A DNA stretch of 64,000 nt. Source: an uncultured Ruminococcus sp. (lineage in GTDB: Bacteria > Bacillota > Clostridia > Oscillospirales > Acutalibacteraceae). The notes under the pieces are model-generated. The model was not told the origin of the DNA. It saw only the letters and a program-made list of their open reading frames with translations, and ran no database searches. The stretch spans positions 1,864-65,863 of the forward strand of contig CADAEZ010000005.1 in the NCBI GenBank assembly GCA_902787145.1, read 5' to 3'. Of this stretch, positions 9,205 to 20,193 are shown one piece after another. Made by a program: the position numbers and the translations under genes. Numbering within the stretch: the first letter of the stretch is position 1; every line of letters starts with the position of its first letter.

Positions 9205-10167
9205 ATGAAAATTTCAGTTTTAGGCACAGGCCGCTGGGGCAGCTGTATAGCCTGGTATCTTGACAGAATCGGCAACGAAGTAGTATCGCGCGGACTCGAA
9301 TCCGCTCCGGATTTTCAGGCGCTGTACAAAAACCACAAAAACGACTACCTCACCTTCCCCGAATCCATAGAGGTAACGTCGGATCTCGAATACGCCGTTA
9401 ACCGCGCGCAGGTAATTATAATCTCGATCTCGTCGCAGCATCTGCGTTCATATATGAAGGAAATCAGCAAATACAATCTTGACGGCAAGATTTTCGTTCT
9501 ATGTATGAAGGGCGTAGACGTCGAAACCGGCAAACGTCTGTCCGAGGTTATGGCCGAGTTTGTCGACGAGAGTAAAACTCCCGTAGCAGTATGGGTCGGA
9601 CCCGGACATCCGCAGGATTATGTCAGGGGAATCCCGAACTGTATGGTAATCGACAGCAAAAACGACGAGGTTAAGCGCAAACTGGTTAAGGAATTCTCGT
9701 CCGACCTCATTCGTTTTTACATAGGCACAGACCTCATAGGCTCCGAAATCGGCGCCGCGGCAAAGAATGTCGTCGGTATCGCGGCAGGATTTTTGGACGG
9801 ACTAAATATGACCTCGCTCAAAGGCGCGCTGATGTCGAGAGGCACACGGGAAATCGGAAGACTTATAAAGGCCTGCGGCGGCAACGAAATGAGCGCTTAC
9901 GGACTTTGTCACCTTGGAGATTACGAGGCTACGCTGTTTTCAAAATGGAGCCACAACCGTAAATACGGCGAGGATTTAGCTTTGGGCAAAAAATTCGAAA
10001 AGCTTGCCGAGGGCGTTATGACCTCAAAGGCGCTAAAAATCCTGGGAGACAGATATAATGTAGACCTGCCGATAGTAACAGGTGTTTACAACGTTCTGTT
10101 TGAGGATAAAGAAATAAAAGACGAGCTCGGAAAGCTCTTTATGCGAGGCGTAAAGGAAGAATTCTGA
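9205..10167 (+). CDS. gpsA: NAD(P)H-dependent glycerol-3-phosphate dehydrogenase
   Basis: GTGRWG Rossmann fold, KG, GP, GAAAKNVVGIAAG, GD..AT, SHNR, EG. Confidence 0.9.
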   Translation: MKISVLGTGRWGSCIAWYLDRIGNEVVSRGLESAPDFQALYKNHKNDYLTFPESIEVTSDLEYAVNRAQVIIISISSQHLRSYMKEISKYNLDGKIFVLCMKGVDVETGKRLSEVMAEFVDESKTPVAVWVGPGHPQDYVRGIPNCMVIDSKNDEVKRKLVKEFSSDLIRFYIGTDLIGSEIGAAAKNVVGIAAGFLDGLNMTSLKGALMSRGTREIGRLIKACGGNEMSAYGLCHLGDYEATLFSKWSHNRKYGEDLALGKKFEKLAEGVMTSKALKILGDRYNVDLPIVTGVYNVLFEDKEIKDELGKLFMRGVKEEF

Positions 10168-10196
10168 GTTACCGAAAACAAAATCAAATAATTTTA

Positions 10197-10229
10197 AAGG
10201 CGGATAAGTCCAAAGAACTTATCCGCCTT
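10197..10229. terminator. Terminator between convergent gpsA and groEL
   Basis: AAGGCGGATAAGT/ACTTATCCGCCTT perfect 13-bp stem. Confidence 0.8.
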
Positions 10230-10256
10230 AATTGCGTATTGCTGATTGCGAATTGA

Positions 10257-11867
<1,611 letters not shown>

Positions 11868-11879
11868 TTACCTCTTTCT

Positions 11880-11950
11880 CCGGCGTATCGCCGGTGCCAT
11901 AGCCGCCTTTAGATACGTTTAATCGGTTAAAAACGTCATCAACGGCGGGT
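11880..11950. repeat. Single copy of the structured element found tandemly at 23516-23796
   Basis: GTGCC-ATA-GCCGCCTTTAGA-N21-GTCATCAACGGCGGGT preceded by a 6-bp hairpin with 3-nt loop. Confidence 0.8.
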
Positions 11951-11979
11951 TTAAAATTGGTTTATTCTTATAATAAAAC

Positions 11980-12264
11980 TTATTCAACCGTAGCGAGAAT
12001 ATCCGACTGGCGTACGATTGTGAACTCATCGCCGTCGATTTTGACCTCGGTACCGGCATACTTGGAGGCGATTACCTTGTCGCCCACCTTTACATACATC
12101 TCTACCTTTTCGCCGTCAACCACTCCGCCGGGGCCTACGGCTACAACTGTAGCGAACTGGGGCTTTTCCTGTGCGGATGATGTGAGGATAAGTCCTCCGA
12201 CGGTCTTTTCCTCTGCTTCTTCGACCTTAAGTACAACGCGGTCGAGTAATGGATTAATCTTCAT
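11980..12264 (-). CDS. groES: Co-chaperonin GroES
   Basis: PLLDRVV, GGLIL, AQEKPQ, VVAVGPG, KYAGTEVK. Confidence 0.97.
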   Translation of the reverse strand: MKINPLLDRVVLKVEEAEEKTVGGLILTSSAQEKPQFATVVAVGPGGVVDGEKVEMYVKVGDKVIASKYAGTEVKIDGDEFTIVRQSDILATVE

Positions 12265-12294
12265 ATATATTCCTCCTTAATAATTTACAATGAT

Positions 12295-12321
12295 TTAGCA
12301 CTCTTGTTCCTTGAGTGCTAA
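12295..12321 (-). promoter_or_regulatory. CIRCE element (HrcA operator)
   Basis: Perfect TTAGCACTC-N9-GAGTGCTAA just downstream of a TTGATT-17-TATAAT promoter (12354-12326). Confidence 0.97.
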
Positions 12322-12360
12322 ATATATTATAGACCTATTTTTTTGAAAAATCAAGTACTT

Positions 12361-12377
12361 TTTGACTTTTTTTGACT
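12361..12377 (-). promoter_or_regulatory. CtsR box
   Basis: AGTCAAA-AAA-AGTCAAA on the minus strand matches the CtsR heptad direct repeat RGTCAAA-NAN-RGTCAAA, upstream of the groES -35. Confidence 0.75.
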
Positions 12378-12504
12378 TTTGTTCATAAAAAATTTTAAAT
12401 CCTAATCTCCGCGCTTAAGAAAGGCGCGCCTACGGTACGCTCAGCTAATCGAAAACGCCGTCCTTTCGGACGGCGCTGATTATAAACTACGCTTTAAGCT
12501 AAGC

Positions 12505-12936
12505 TTACATTTTAGAGATATCGCTCTCTGTGATAAGCTTTACTCCACGTTCGCTCAGCAGCCTTTCGGCTGACTCGTTGTCATCCACACGGAGCACAAC
12601 ATAGGCGTAGTGCTTGGACTCGGAGATAAAGGCGTACATATAGTCAATGTTTATATTGTTGTCAGAGAGAACCTTTACCGCCTCGTCAAGTCCGCCGGGA
12701 CGATCCTGTACAGCTATGCCGACAACCTCGGTCACTGACATAAAGAGCCCTTTTTCCTCCAGCTTAGCCTTAGCCGTGTCGATATCGTCAACAATCATAC
12801 GGATGATACCGAACTCCTGGGTATCCGCCATACTCATAGCGCGGATATCCACGCCTGTCGAGGCGATGGCGTCGGTTACGCTTACGAGCGAGCCTACCTT
12901 ATTCTCTACAAATACGGATAATTGCTTTATAGCCAT
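12505..12936 (-). CDS. ACT domain protein
   Basis: KQLSVFVENK.G.L, D.PGGL, NIDYMYAF; standard partner of paaK/ior operons. Confidence 0.88.
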   Translation of the reverse strand: MAIKQLSVFVENKVGSLVSVTDAIASTGVDIRAMSMADTQEFGIIRMIVDDIDTAKAKLEEKGLFMSVTEVVGIAVQDRPGGLDEAVKVLSDNNINIDYMYAFISESKHYAYVVLRVDDNESAERLLSERGVKLITESDISKM

Positions 12937-12947
12937 TTTTTGCCTCC

Positions 12948-14273
12948 TTATATATTGATTCCCAGTCTCTTACGCTTGTCGATTACGCGGACAGCCTTAC
13001 CCTCGCTGCGCTGGATCGACTTGGGAGCTACGAGGTGTACCTTCGGGCTGATGCCGAGCATAGTCTTGATAGCGGACTGGAGATGTTTTTCTTTCTTGGT
13101 CATATCCTTGACCTTATCGGAGAAGTCGCTCTCCTTCATCTCCACATATACGTCGAGTGTATCTGAGTTGTTAACACGGTCTACGACAATCTGGTAGTTG
13201 GGAGCGTAGTTCTCGTTCAGGAGCACCGCCTCAATCTGGCTTGGGAATACGTTAACACCCTTAATAATCATCATATCATCGGAGCGTCCCATCGGCTTTG
13301 TCATACGGATAAAGGTACGTCCGCAGGAGCATTTTTCACGCGAGAGCACGCAAATATCACGTGTTCTGTAACGCAGGAGCGGAAAAGCTTCTTTGTCGAG
13401 AGAGGTGAACACAAGCTCACCCTTTGAACCCTCGGGCAGTACCTCACCGGTGTCGGGATCGATAACCTCTACTACAAAGTGATCCTCGTTGATGTGCATA
13501 CCCTTCTGTTCCTCACATTCAAAGGCAACACCCGGACCGCTTATCTCGGTAAGGCCGTAGATGTCGTAAGCCTTGATTCCGAGGTTTTTCTCAATATCGC
13601 GGCGCATCTCCTCTGTCCACGCCTCGGCTCCGAAGATACCTGCCTTGAGGTGATTATCCTCTGGCTTGTAGCCTTTTTCCTTGAGCACTTCGGCGATATA
13701 CGCGGCATAAGACGGAGTACAGCAGATGATAGTGGACTTTAAATCCATCATAAACTGAATCTGTCTGTCGGTGTTACCGCTGGACATCGGGAGAGTCAGA
13801 CATCCAAGCTTATGCGAGCCGCCGTTGAGTCCGAAGCCGCCGGTAAACAGGCCGTAACCGTACGCTACGTGGCACACGTCCTCATCGGTAGCGCCGGCGG
13901 CAACCAATGCTCTTGCGCAGCAATCGTCCCAGAGGTCTACGTCGTGCTGTGTATAGAAAGCCACTACCCTCTTGCCGGTTGTGCCGGAGGTAGAATGAAT
14001 CCTGACGCAGTTCTTCATATCTGTGGCGAGCAGACCTGTGGGATAGGCCTCTCTGAGGTCATCCTTACAAAGGAGCGGAAGCTTGTGCAAATCATCAAGC
14101 CCTTTAATATCCTCAGGCTTTACGCCCTTTTTGTCCATAAGGTTGCGATAATACTCTACGTTATCGTAAACATATTTAACCTGTTTTACGAGTTTTTCTT
14201 CCTGCAAAGTCTTTATCTGCTCAACAGGCATTGTCTCCATTTCCTTTTGGAAATACTTGTTCATCGGAATCAA
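12948..14273 (-). CDS. paaK: Phenylacetate--CoA ligase
   Basis: HSTSGTTGK, YGLTE, RYRTRD, GRSDDM.IIKGVNVFP, GKAVRVID. Confidence 0.92.
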   Translation of the reverse strand: MIPMNKYFQKEMETMPVEQIKTLQEEKLVKQVKYVYDNVEYYRNLMDKKGVKPEDIKGLDDLHKLPLLCKDDLREAYPTGLLATDMKNCVRIHSTSGTTGKRVVAFYTQHDVDLWDDCCARALVAAGATDEDVCHVAYGYGLFTGGFGLNGGSHKLGCLTLPMSSGNTDRQIQFMMDLKSTIICCTPSYAAYIAEVLKEKGYKPEDNHLKAGIFGAEAWTEEMRRDIEKNLGIKAYDIYGLTEISGPGVAFECEEQKGMHINEDHFVVEVIDPDTGEVLPEGSKGELVFTSLDKEAFPLLRYRTRDICVLSREKCSCGRTFIRMTKPMGRSDDMMIIKGVNVFPSQIEAVLLNENYAPNYQIVVDRVNNSDTLDVYVEMKESDFSDKVKDMTKKEKHLQSAIKTMLGISPKVHLVAPKSIQRSEGKAVRVIDKRKRLGINI

Positions 14274-14851
14274 CTCCTTGTATAATTATAGCCCAGCTCG
14301 AACGCCTTTTTATTAATATCGACAAACTGAGGCTTAACGCACTTTTCGATAGCCGCGATCCACTTGTCGTAAGCTATATCAAAATACTTGGCGAGCACGC
14401 CCATCAGCACGATGTTAACAGCCTTGGACGAGCCTGCCTCGTTGGCGAATTTAAGCGCGTCGAGATAGTCTACGTGCACGCCCTTTTCTTCCATTCTCTC
14501 GATAACGTCCTCCGGGTATTTTGCCGCGCCGATGATGACGGGCATCGGGTCAATCTGCTGGGTGTTTACAACAATTGTACCGCCCTTTTTAAGCTTGTCG
14601 AGGTAACGCGCCGCTTCTATCTTTTCGAAAGATACAATACAGTCGGCCTCGCCGTCCTCGATAATCGGCGAATACACCTTGTCGCCAAAACGCACATATG
14701 TCACAACGGAACCTCCGCGCTGGCTCATTCCGTGTACCTCGCTGACTTTTACGTCATATCCTTCGTCGACGAGCAGTCTGCCGAGGAGCTTACTGGCAAG
14801 CAGGGATCCCTGGCCGCCTACGCCGACAATCATAATATTCTTTGTTTTCAT
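14270..14851 (-). CDS. iorB: Indolepyruvate:ferredoxin oxidoreductase beta subunit
   Basis: GVGGQG, SEVHGMSQRGGSV, N.KAFELG. Confidence 0.93.
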   Translation of the reverse strand: MKTKNIMIVGVGGQGSLLASKLLGRLLVDEGYDVKVSEVHGMSQRGGSVVTYVRFGDKVYSPIIEDGEADCIVSFEKIEAARYLDKLKKGGTIVVNTQQIDPMPVIIGAAKYPEDVIERMEEKGVHVDYLDALKFANEAGSSKAVNIVLMGVLAKYFDIAYDKWIAAIEKCVKPQFVDINKKAFELGYNYTRS

Positions 14852-16602
14852 CAGTCTTCTCCTCCCTCGAACGCGTCAAACGGACAAAGCTGTGTACATA
14901 CTCCGCAGCCTACACAGAGGGTCGGATCTACTACAGCGTGATTATCCTTAAAGCTGATTGACGGACATCCGAACTTCATACAGCGCTTGCACGCCTTGCA
15001 CTTGTCGGGATTGACGCTAAGCGGCTTTTTGGGCTTAACGTATTTAAGGAGCACGCAAGGTCTGCGCGAGATGATAACGGAGGGTTCGTCCTTTTCGATT
15101 TCTTCCTTTACGACGCGGTCGCATTCCTCAAGATTGTACGGATCCACTACTCTTACGGAGTTTATACCGATTGAGGCGCAGAGCTTTTCGAGGCTGACCT
15201 TGCCGGCGGGATCGCCCTTGATGTTGTAGCCTGTGGATGGATTCTGCTGATGACCTGTCATACCTGTGATTGAGTTGTCGAGGATGATTACGGTGGAGTT
15301 CGACATATTATAAGCGACGTTTACGAGTCCTGTTATGCCTGAATGCATAAAGGTTGAGTCGCCGATTACGCATACTGTCTTTTTCTCGGTCTCTTTACCG
15401 CCTGCCACATTAAAGCCGTGGAGTCCGGATACCGAAGCTCCCATACAGAGTGTCATATCAAGCGCGTTAAGCGGAGGAGCGGAGCCGAGTGTGTAGCATC
15501 CGATGTCGCCGAGTACGGTGAGCTTGTTCTTTGCGAGCACATAGAACAATCCTCTGTGCGGACAGCCTGAGCACATCATCGGAGGTCTTACGGGGATTTC
15601 GGTGTCGATGCTGACGTTTTCCTTATCCTCCAGACCAAATGCCTTAGCGATAGTTTTCTGAGAGAACTCGCCGGTGACAGAGAACAGATTCTTGCCCTCA
15701 ACATCCACGCCGATGTTTTTGCAGAAAGACTCGATAACCGGGTCGAGTTCCTCTACAACATAAACCTTGCTTACGGAGGAAGCAAAATCCTTTATAAGCT
15801 TTTCGGGCAGAGGATTGACGATACCGAGCTTAAGCACGGAAACGCTATCACCGAAAACTTCCTTTATATACTGATAAGATGTCGAGGAGGTGATTACGCC
15901 GAAGTCACGGCTGCCGTCGCCCTTTTCAACCCTGTTAAGAGGTGAGGTCTCGGACATCTCGGCGATTTTCCTGCATCTTTCCTCTACAAAGGGATGGCGT
16001 CTTATAGCGTTGGCCGGAGACATAATGTATTTTTGAGGAAGCTTTTCGTAGGGCTTCTCAACGTCACACGCCTTGTCGCGGGTTTCTACGATACTCTGGG
16101 AGTGAGCGACTCTTGTGCACATTTTGAGGAGCACGGGAGTGTCGAATTCCTCGGAAATCTCGAACGCCGCTCTAGCGAAGTCATAAGCCTCCTGAGAATC
16201 GGACGGCTCAAGCATCGGAATCTTGGACGCTACGGCATAGTGACGCGAATCCTGTTCGTTCTGGGACGAATGCATTCCCGGATCGTCAGCCACACAGATA
16301 ACCATACCGCCGTTGACGCCTGTATATGACATAGTAAACAGCGGGTCAGCCGCTACGTTAAGACCTACGTGCTTCATACAGCAGGCGGAGCGCTTGCCCC
16401 TCAGCGAAGCTCCGAAGGCCGACTCGGTAGCCACCTTCTCGTTAGGCGCCCATTCGCAGTAAGCGTCGTCGAATTTTGCGAAGCACTCGGTAATCTCGGT
16501 ACTCGGAGTTCCCGGATAGCTGGAGATAACCGCGCATCCGCCGTCATACAGACCGCGGGCTACAGCCTCGTTGCCAATCATTAGTTGTTTCAATTTAATC
16601 AC
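14851..16602 (-). CDS. iorA: Indolepyruvate:ferredoxin oxidoreductase alpha subunit
   Basis: YPGTPSTE, MKHVGLNVAAD, CSGCPHR, GDIGCY, GDSTF.HSG, C-terminal 2x[4Fe-4S]. Confidence 0.95.
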   Translation of the reverse strand: MIKLKQLMIGNEAVARGLYDGGCAVISSYPGTPSTEITECFAKFDDAYCEWAPNEKVATESAFGASLRGKRSACCMKHVGLNVAADPLFTMSYTGVNGGMVICVADDPGMHSSQNEQDSRHYAVASKIPMLEPSDSQEAYDFARAAFEISEEFDTPVLLKMCTRVAHSQSIVETRDKACDVEKPYEKLPQKYIMSPANAIRRHPFVEERCRKIAEMSETSPLNRVEKGDGSRDFGVITSSTSYQYIKEVFGDSVSVLKLGIVNPLPEKLIKDFASSVSKVYVVEELDPVIESFCKNIGVDVEGKNLFSVTGEFSQKTIAKAFGLEDKENVSIDTEIPVRPPMMCSGCPHRGLFYVLAKNKLTVLGDIGCYTLGSAPPLNALDMTLCMGASVSGLHGFNVAGGKETEKKTVCVIGDSTFMHSGITGLVNVAYNMSNSTVIILDNSITGMTGHQQNPSTGYNIKGDPAGKVSLEKLCASIGINSVRVVDPYNLEECDRVVKEEIEKDEPSVIISRRPCVLLKYVKPKKPLSVNPDKCKACKRCMKFGCPSISFKDNHAVVDPTLCVGCGVCTQLCPFDAFEGGED

Positions 16603-16719
16603 CCTTATATAAATCTTTAAAGTTTACACATTAGCTATTATTTTATCACTTTATTATGGTAAGGTCAATTATTTTTAATAAAATGTCACTTTTTGCGAAA
16701 TAATGGCAGAAAATCGCTG

Positions 16720-19700
16720 TCATTTTACCACGACATTGTCATCTCCGAGCTGATGACGAAGCTCCTTTATCATCACGTCGTTGAGGCTCACCCACATTTT
16801 CCGAGGAGCGAGAATCTGCTTTTTACTGTCGCTGAGGTAAAACACAACCTGCGCAGGACCTTCGAATATATCAAGCACTCTTTGTGCTTTCTTATACAAA
16901 TCGCTGTCGAGGCTGTCGATTCTGAGGTACAGCTTCGGCGGTCTTTTGGACTTCGGGGCATTTATAACGGGAACATTGTCCTTGTCCACCCTTTTGATCT
17001 CGTTACATATCACCTTGGGTTCCTCGTCCTCTCTGAGGTTTACCCTGCCGAAAATTTCTACCACATTACCCTGCGCCAGCAGTCCTCCCGCCTCGGCAAA
17101 AACATTCGGAAATACAATCGCCTCAATCGAGCCGTACCTGTCCTCAACCGTAACAAACGCCATCATTTTGTTAGTTTTTGTGACTTGGTTTTTCAGCTTG
17201 TTCACTATACATACAAGCCTGACGGCTGAGTTATCCTTGTATTTTTCGGTCTCGCGGTCGAGTATATCGCCTATCCTGTCGGCTTTGACCGCGTTTATAT
17301 AGTCCTCAAACTCGTCTATCGGATGACCGCTGAGGTACATTCCGCACACCTCGTTCTCCATAAACAGAAGCTCTTCCTTGGAAAACTCAGGCATCACGGG
17401 ATATTCGGGCTCGTCGGAATTTGTATTATCTCCGCCCATATCGAAAATTGAGAGCTGACCGCGGATGTTCTTACGGTTTTCAAACTCGATATCGTCCAGC
17501 ACAGTGCGGCACATTGTAAGCATCTGGCGGCGGTTAAGTCCGAGATTGTCGAGCGCTCCGCATTTTATGAGGCTTTCAAGCGCTCTGGAATTGAGCGAGG
17601 TGCCGTAGACACGCTTGCAAAAGTCATAGAAGCTCGTATATTCGCCCAACTTGCGGTTGTCGATGATAGCGTCTATAAGCTGATAGCCGAGGTTTTTTAT
17701 CGCCTTCAGGCCGTAACGGATATTCTTTCCGTCAACGGTAAAGCCGTAGTAGCTGGAGTTTACGCTTGGAGGCAGGATCTGAATTCCAAACGAATGGCAC
17801 TCGCCGATATAGACAGCGAGCTTGTTTTGTCTGTCCAGCACGCTCGACATCAGCGCCGCCATATACTGTCTCGGATAGCGGCACTTGAGATAGGCTGTAC
17901 GATAGCTTATCATAGCGTAGGCGGTGGCGTGGCTCTTGTTAAACGCGTAGGACGCGAAGCTTTCCATCTCGTTATAAATCGAGACGGCGGTCGCCCTGTC
18001 GATACCGCGCCGCAGGCATCCCTCGACAACTACATTGCCGTTTTCGTCGGTGAGACCTTCGATAAAAATCTGTCTCTCCTTTTCCATCACATCGTGCTTT
18101 TTCTTGCTCATCGCGCGGCGAACGATATCGGCTCTGCCGAGAGAATACCCCGCCAGGGTGCGGAGTATCTGCATAACCTGCTCCTGATACACGATACAGC
18201 CGTATGTTACCCTCAGTATACTTACGAGCATATGATGCTTGTAGCGGATATGGTCGGGATGATGGCGGCAGTCGATATAGGTCGGGATACTGTCCATCGG
18301 ACCCGGACGGTAGAGTGATATTACGGCGATGAGATCCTCCAGCGATTCCGGGCGAAGCTGGGTCAGCACGTTGCGCATTCCCTGGGATTCAAACTGAAAA
18401 ACTCCCTCGGTAGCGCCTGAGGACATCATCCTGTAGACAGCCGGGTCGCTTACGTCGATTTTTTCTATGTCAAAATCAGGCTCAAACTCCCTGATCATCC
18501 TGACGGTATCGTCAATCACGCTGAGGTTTCTAAGTCCGAGAAAATCCATCTTTAAGAGTCCGAGCTCCTCAAGCGTAGTCATAGTGTACTCGGTGAGGAT
18601 ATTGCCCTCGCTGACGGTCAGCGGAACATAGTCGGATACGGGCTTTTCGCATATAACAACTCCGGCGGCGTGCATAGAAATATTCTTCGGCATACCTTCG
18701 ATTTGAGAGGCGATGTCGAGTATATTCCTGGCGTCGGGGTCGGTATCATATTTTTGCTTTAACTCAGGAGAAAGCCCGAAGGCTTTTTCGAGAGTTATAT
18801 TCAGCGTTTCGGGAATCAGCTTGGCAATTTTGTCTACGGCATTGTGCGGAATATCAAGCACCCTGCCGACGTTACGAACCGCCGAACGAGCCGCCATTGT
18901 ACCAAATGTAACGATTTGGGCGACGTGATCTCGGCCGTATTTTTTCTTTACATACTCGATAACCTCGCCCCTGCGCTCGGTACAAAAGTCAATATCAAAA
19001 TCAGGCATACTGACGCGCTCGGGATTAAGAAACCGTTCAAACAGCAAATCGTATTTTATAGGATCTACATCGGTAATACCCGTACAATAAGCGCACAGTG
19101 AGCCTGCTCCCGAACCTCTTCCGGGGCCGACGGGGATATCGTGCTCCCTGGCGTAGCGCACATAGTCGGCTACTATCAGAAAATAATCGACAAATCCCAT
19201 CGAGCGTATTGTAGTAAGCTCGTACTCGAGCCTGCGGACAATATCAAGCGACGGATCGTCGCCGTAGTGCTTTAGCAGTCCCTTGCGGCATTCGTCCTCC
19301 AAATATTTATAATGATCGACGCCTTCGGGCAAAGGAAAATTCGGAAGCTTCCTATTGCCGAACTCAAACTCAACGTTACACTTGTCGGCGATAACCTGAG
19401 TATTGTCAAAGGCCTCGGGATTATCGGGAAAAAGAGCGCGCATCTCATCCTCGGATTTAAGGTAGAATTCCTCGGAACCGAACTCCATACGATCCGGATC
19501 GTTGATAGTTTTGTTAGTCTGGATACAAAGGAGAATGCTGTGCAGCTTTGAATCCTCTTTATTTATATAATGCGCGTCGTTGGTCGCGACCAGAGGAATG
19601 TCCGTTTCTTTCGCAAGCTTAATAAGCATAGGATTAAGCTTTAGCTGTTCTTCGAGACCGTGGTTTTGAATTTCAATATAAAAATTATCCCTGCCGAAAA

Positions 19701-20190
19701 GCGACTGATAATACAACGCCTTTTTCCTTGCGGCGTCATAGTCGCCGTCAAGGAGCTTTTGCGGGATTTCTCCGGCTATACAGGCGGAAAGACAGATAAG
19801 TCCCTCGCAATGCTTTTCAAGCAGCTCGTCATCAATACGGGGTTTGTTGTAGAAGCCCTCGGTGAATCCGGCCGAAACCAGCTTTATAAGGTTATGATAG
19901 CCCTTAAGGTTCTCGCACAGGAGAATCATATGATAATACCGCCTGTCGAGCTCAAAGGTCTTGTCGAACCTCGACCTCGGCGCCACATACACCTCGCAGC
20001 CGATAATCGGCTTTACACCCTCGTTCTTACACGCGCGGTAAAAATCCACAGCGCCGTACATAACGCCGTGGTCGGTGAGCGCGAGCGAATCCTGCCCAAG
20101 CGACTTTGCGGCCTTGGCAAGCTTCTTTATCCTGCAGGCTCCGTCGAGCAAGCTGTACTCGCTATGCACATGTAAATGAGTGAATGACAT
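16720..20190 (-). CDS. dnaE: DNA polymerase III alpha subunit
   Basis: HLHVHSEYSLLDG PHP domain, GPGRGSGAGS, PDFDIDF, KMDFLGL, YAFNKSH. Confidence 0.97.
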   Translation of the reverse strand: MSFTHLHVHSEYSLLDGACRIKKLAKAAKSLGQDSLALTDHGVMYGAVDFYRACKNEGVKPIIGCEVYVAPRSRFDKTFELDRRYYHMILLCENLKGYHNLIKLVSAGFTEGFYNKPRIDDELLEKHCEGLICLSACIAGEIPQKLLDGDYDAARKKALYYQSLFGRDNFYIEIQNHGLEEQLKLNPMLIKLAKETDIPLVATNDAHYINKEDSKLHSILLCIQTNKTINDPDRMEFGSEEFYLKSEDEMRALFPDNPEAFDNTQVIADKCNVEFEFGNRKLPNFPLPEGVDHYKYLEDECRKGLLKHYGDDPSLDIVRRLEYELTTIRSMGFVDYFLIVADYVRYAREHDIPVGPGRGSGAGSLCAYCTGITDVDPIKYDLLFERFLNPERVSMPDFDIDFCTERRGEVIEYVKKKYGRDHVAQIVTFGTMAARSAVRNVGRVLDIPHNAVDKIAKLIPETLNITLEKAFGLSPELKQKYDTDPDARNILDIASQIEGMPKNISMHAAGVVICEKPVSDYVPLTVSEGNILTEYTMTTLEELGLLKMDFLGLRNLSVIDDTVRMIREFEPDFDIEKIDVSDPAVYRMMSSGATEGVFQFESQGMRNVLTQLRPESLEDLIAVISLYRPGPMDSIPTYIDCRHHPDHIRYKHHMLVSILRVTYGCIVYQEQVMQILRTLAGYSLGRADIVRRAMSKKKHDVMEKERQIFIEGLTDENGNVVVEGCLRRGIDRATAVSIYNEMESFASYAFNKSHATAYAMISYRTAYLKCRYPRQYMAALMSSVLDRQNKLAVYIGECHSFGIQILPPSVNSSYYGFTVDGKNIRYGLKAIKNLGYQLIDAIIDNRKLGEYTSFYDFCKRVYGTSLNSRALESLIKCGALDNLGLNRRQMLTMCRTVLDDIEFENRKNIRGQLSIFDMGGDNTNSDEPEYPVMPEFSKEELLFMENEVCGMYLSGHPIDEFEDYINAVKADRIGDILDRETEKYKDNSAVRLVCIVNKLKNQVTKTNKMMAFVTVEDRYGSIEAIVFPNVFAEAGGLLAQGNVVEIFGRVNLREDEEPKVICNEIKRVDKDNVPVINAPKSKRPPKLYLRIDSLDSDLYKKAQRVLDIFEGPAQVVFYLSDSKKQILAPRKMWVSLNDVMIKELRHQLGDDNVVVK

Positions 20191-20193
20191 TTA

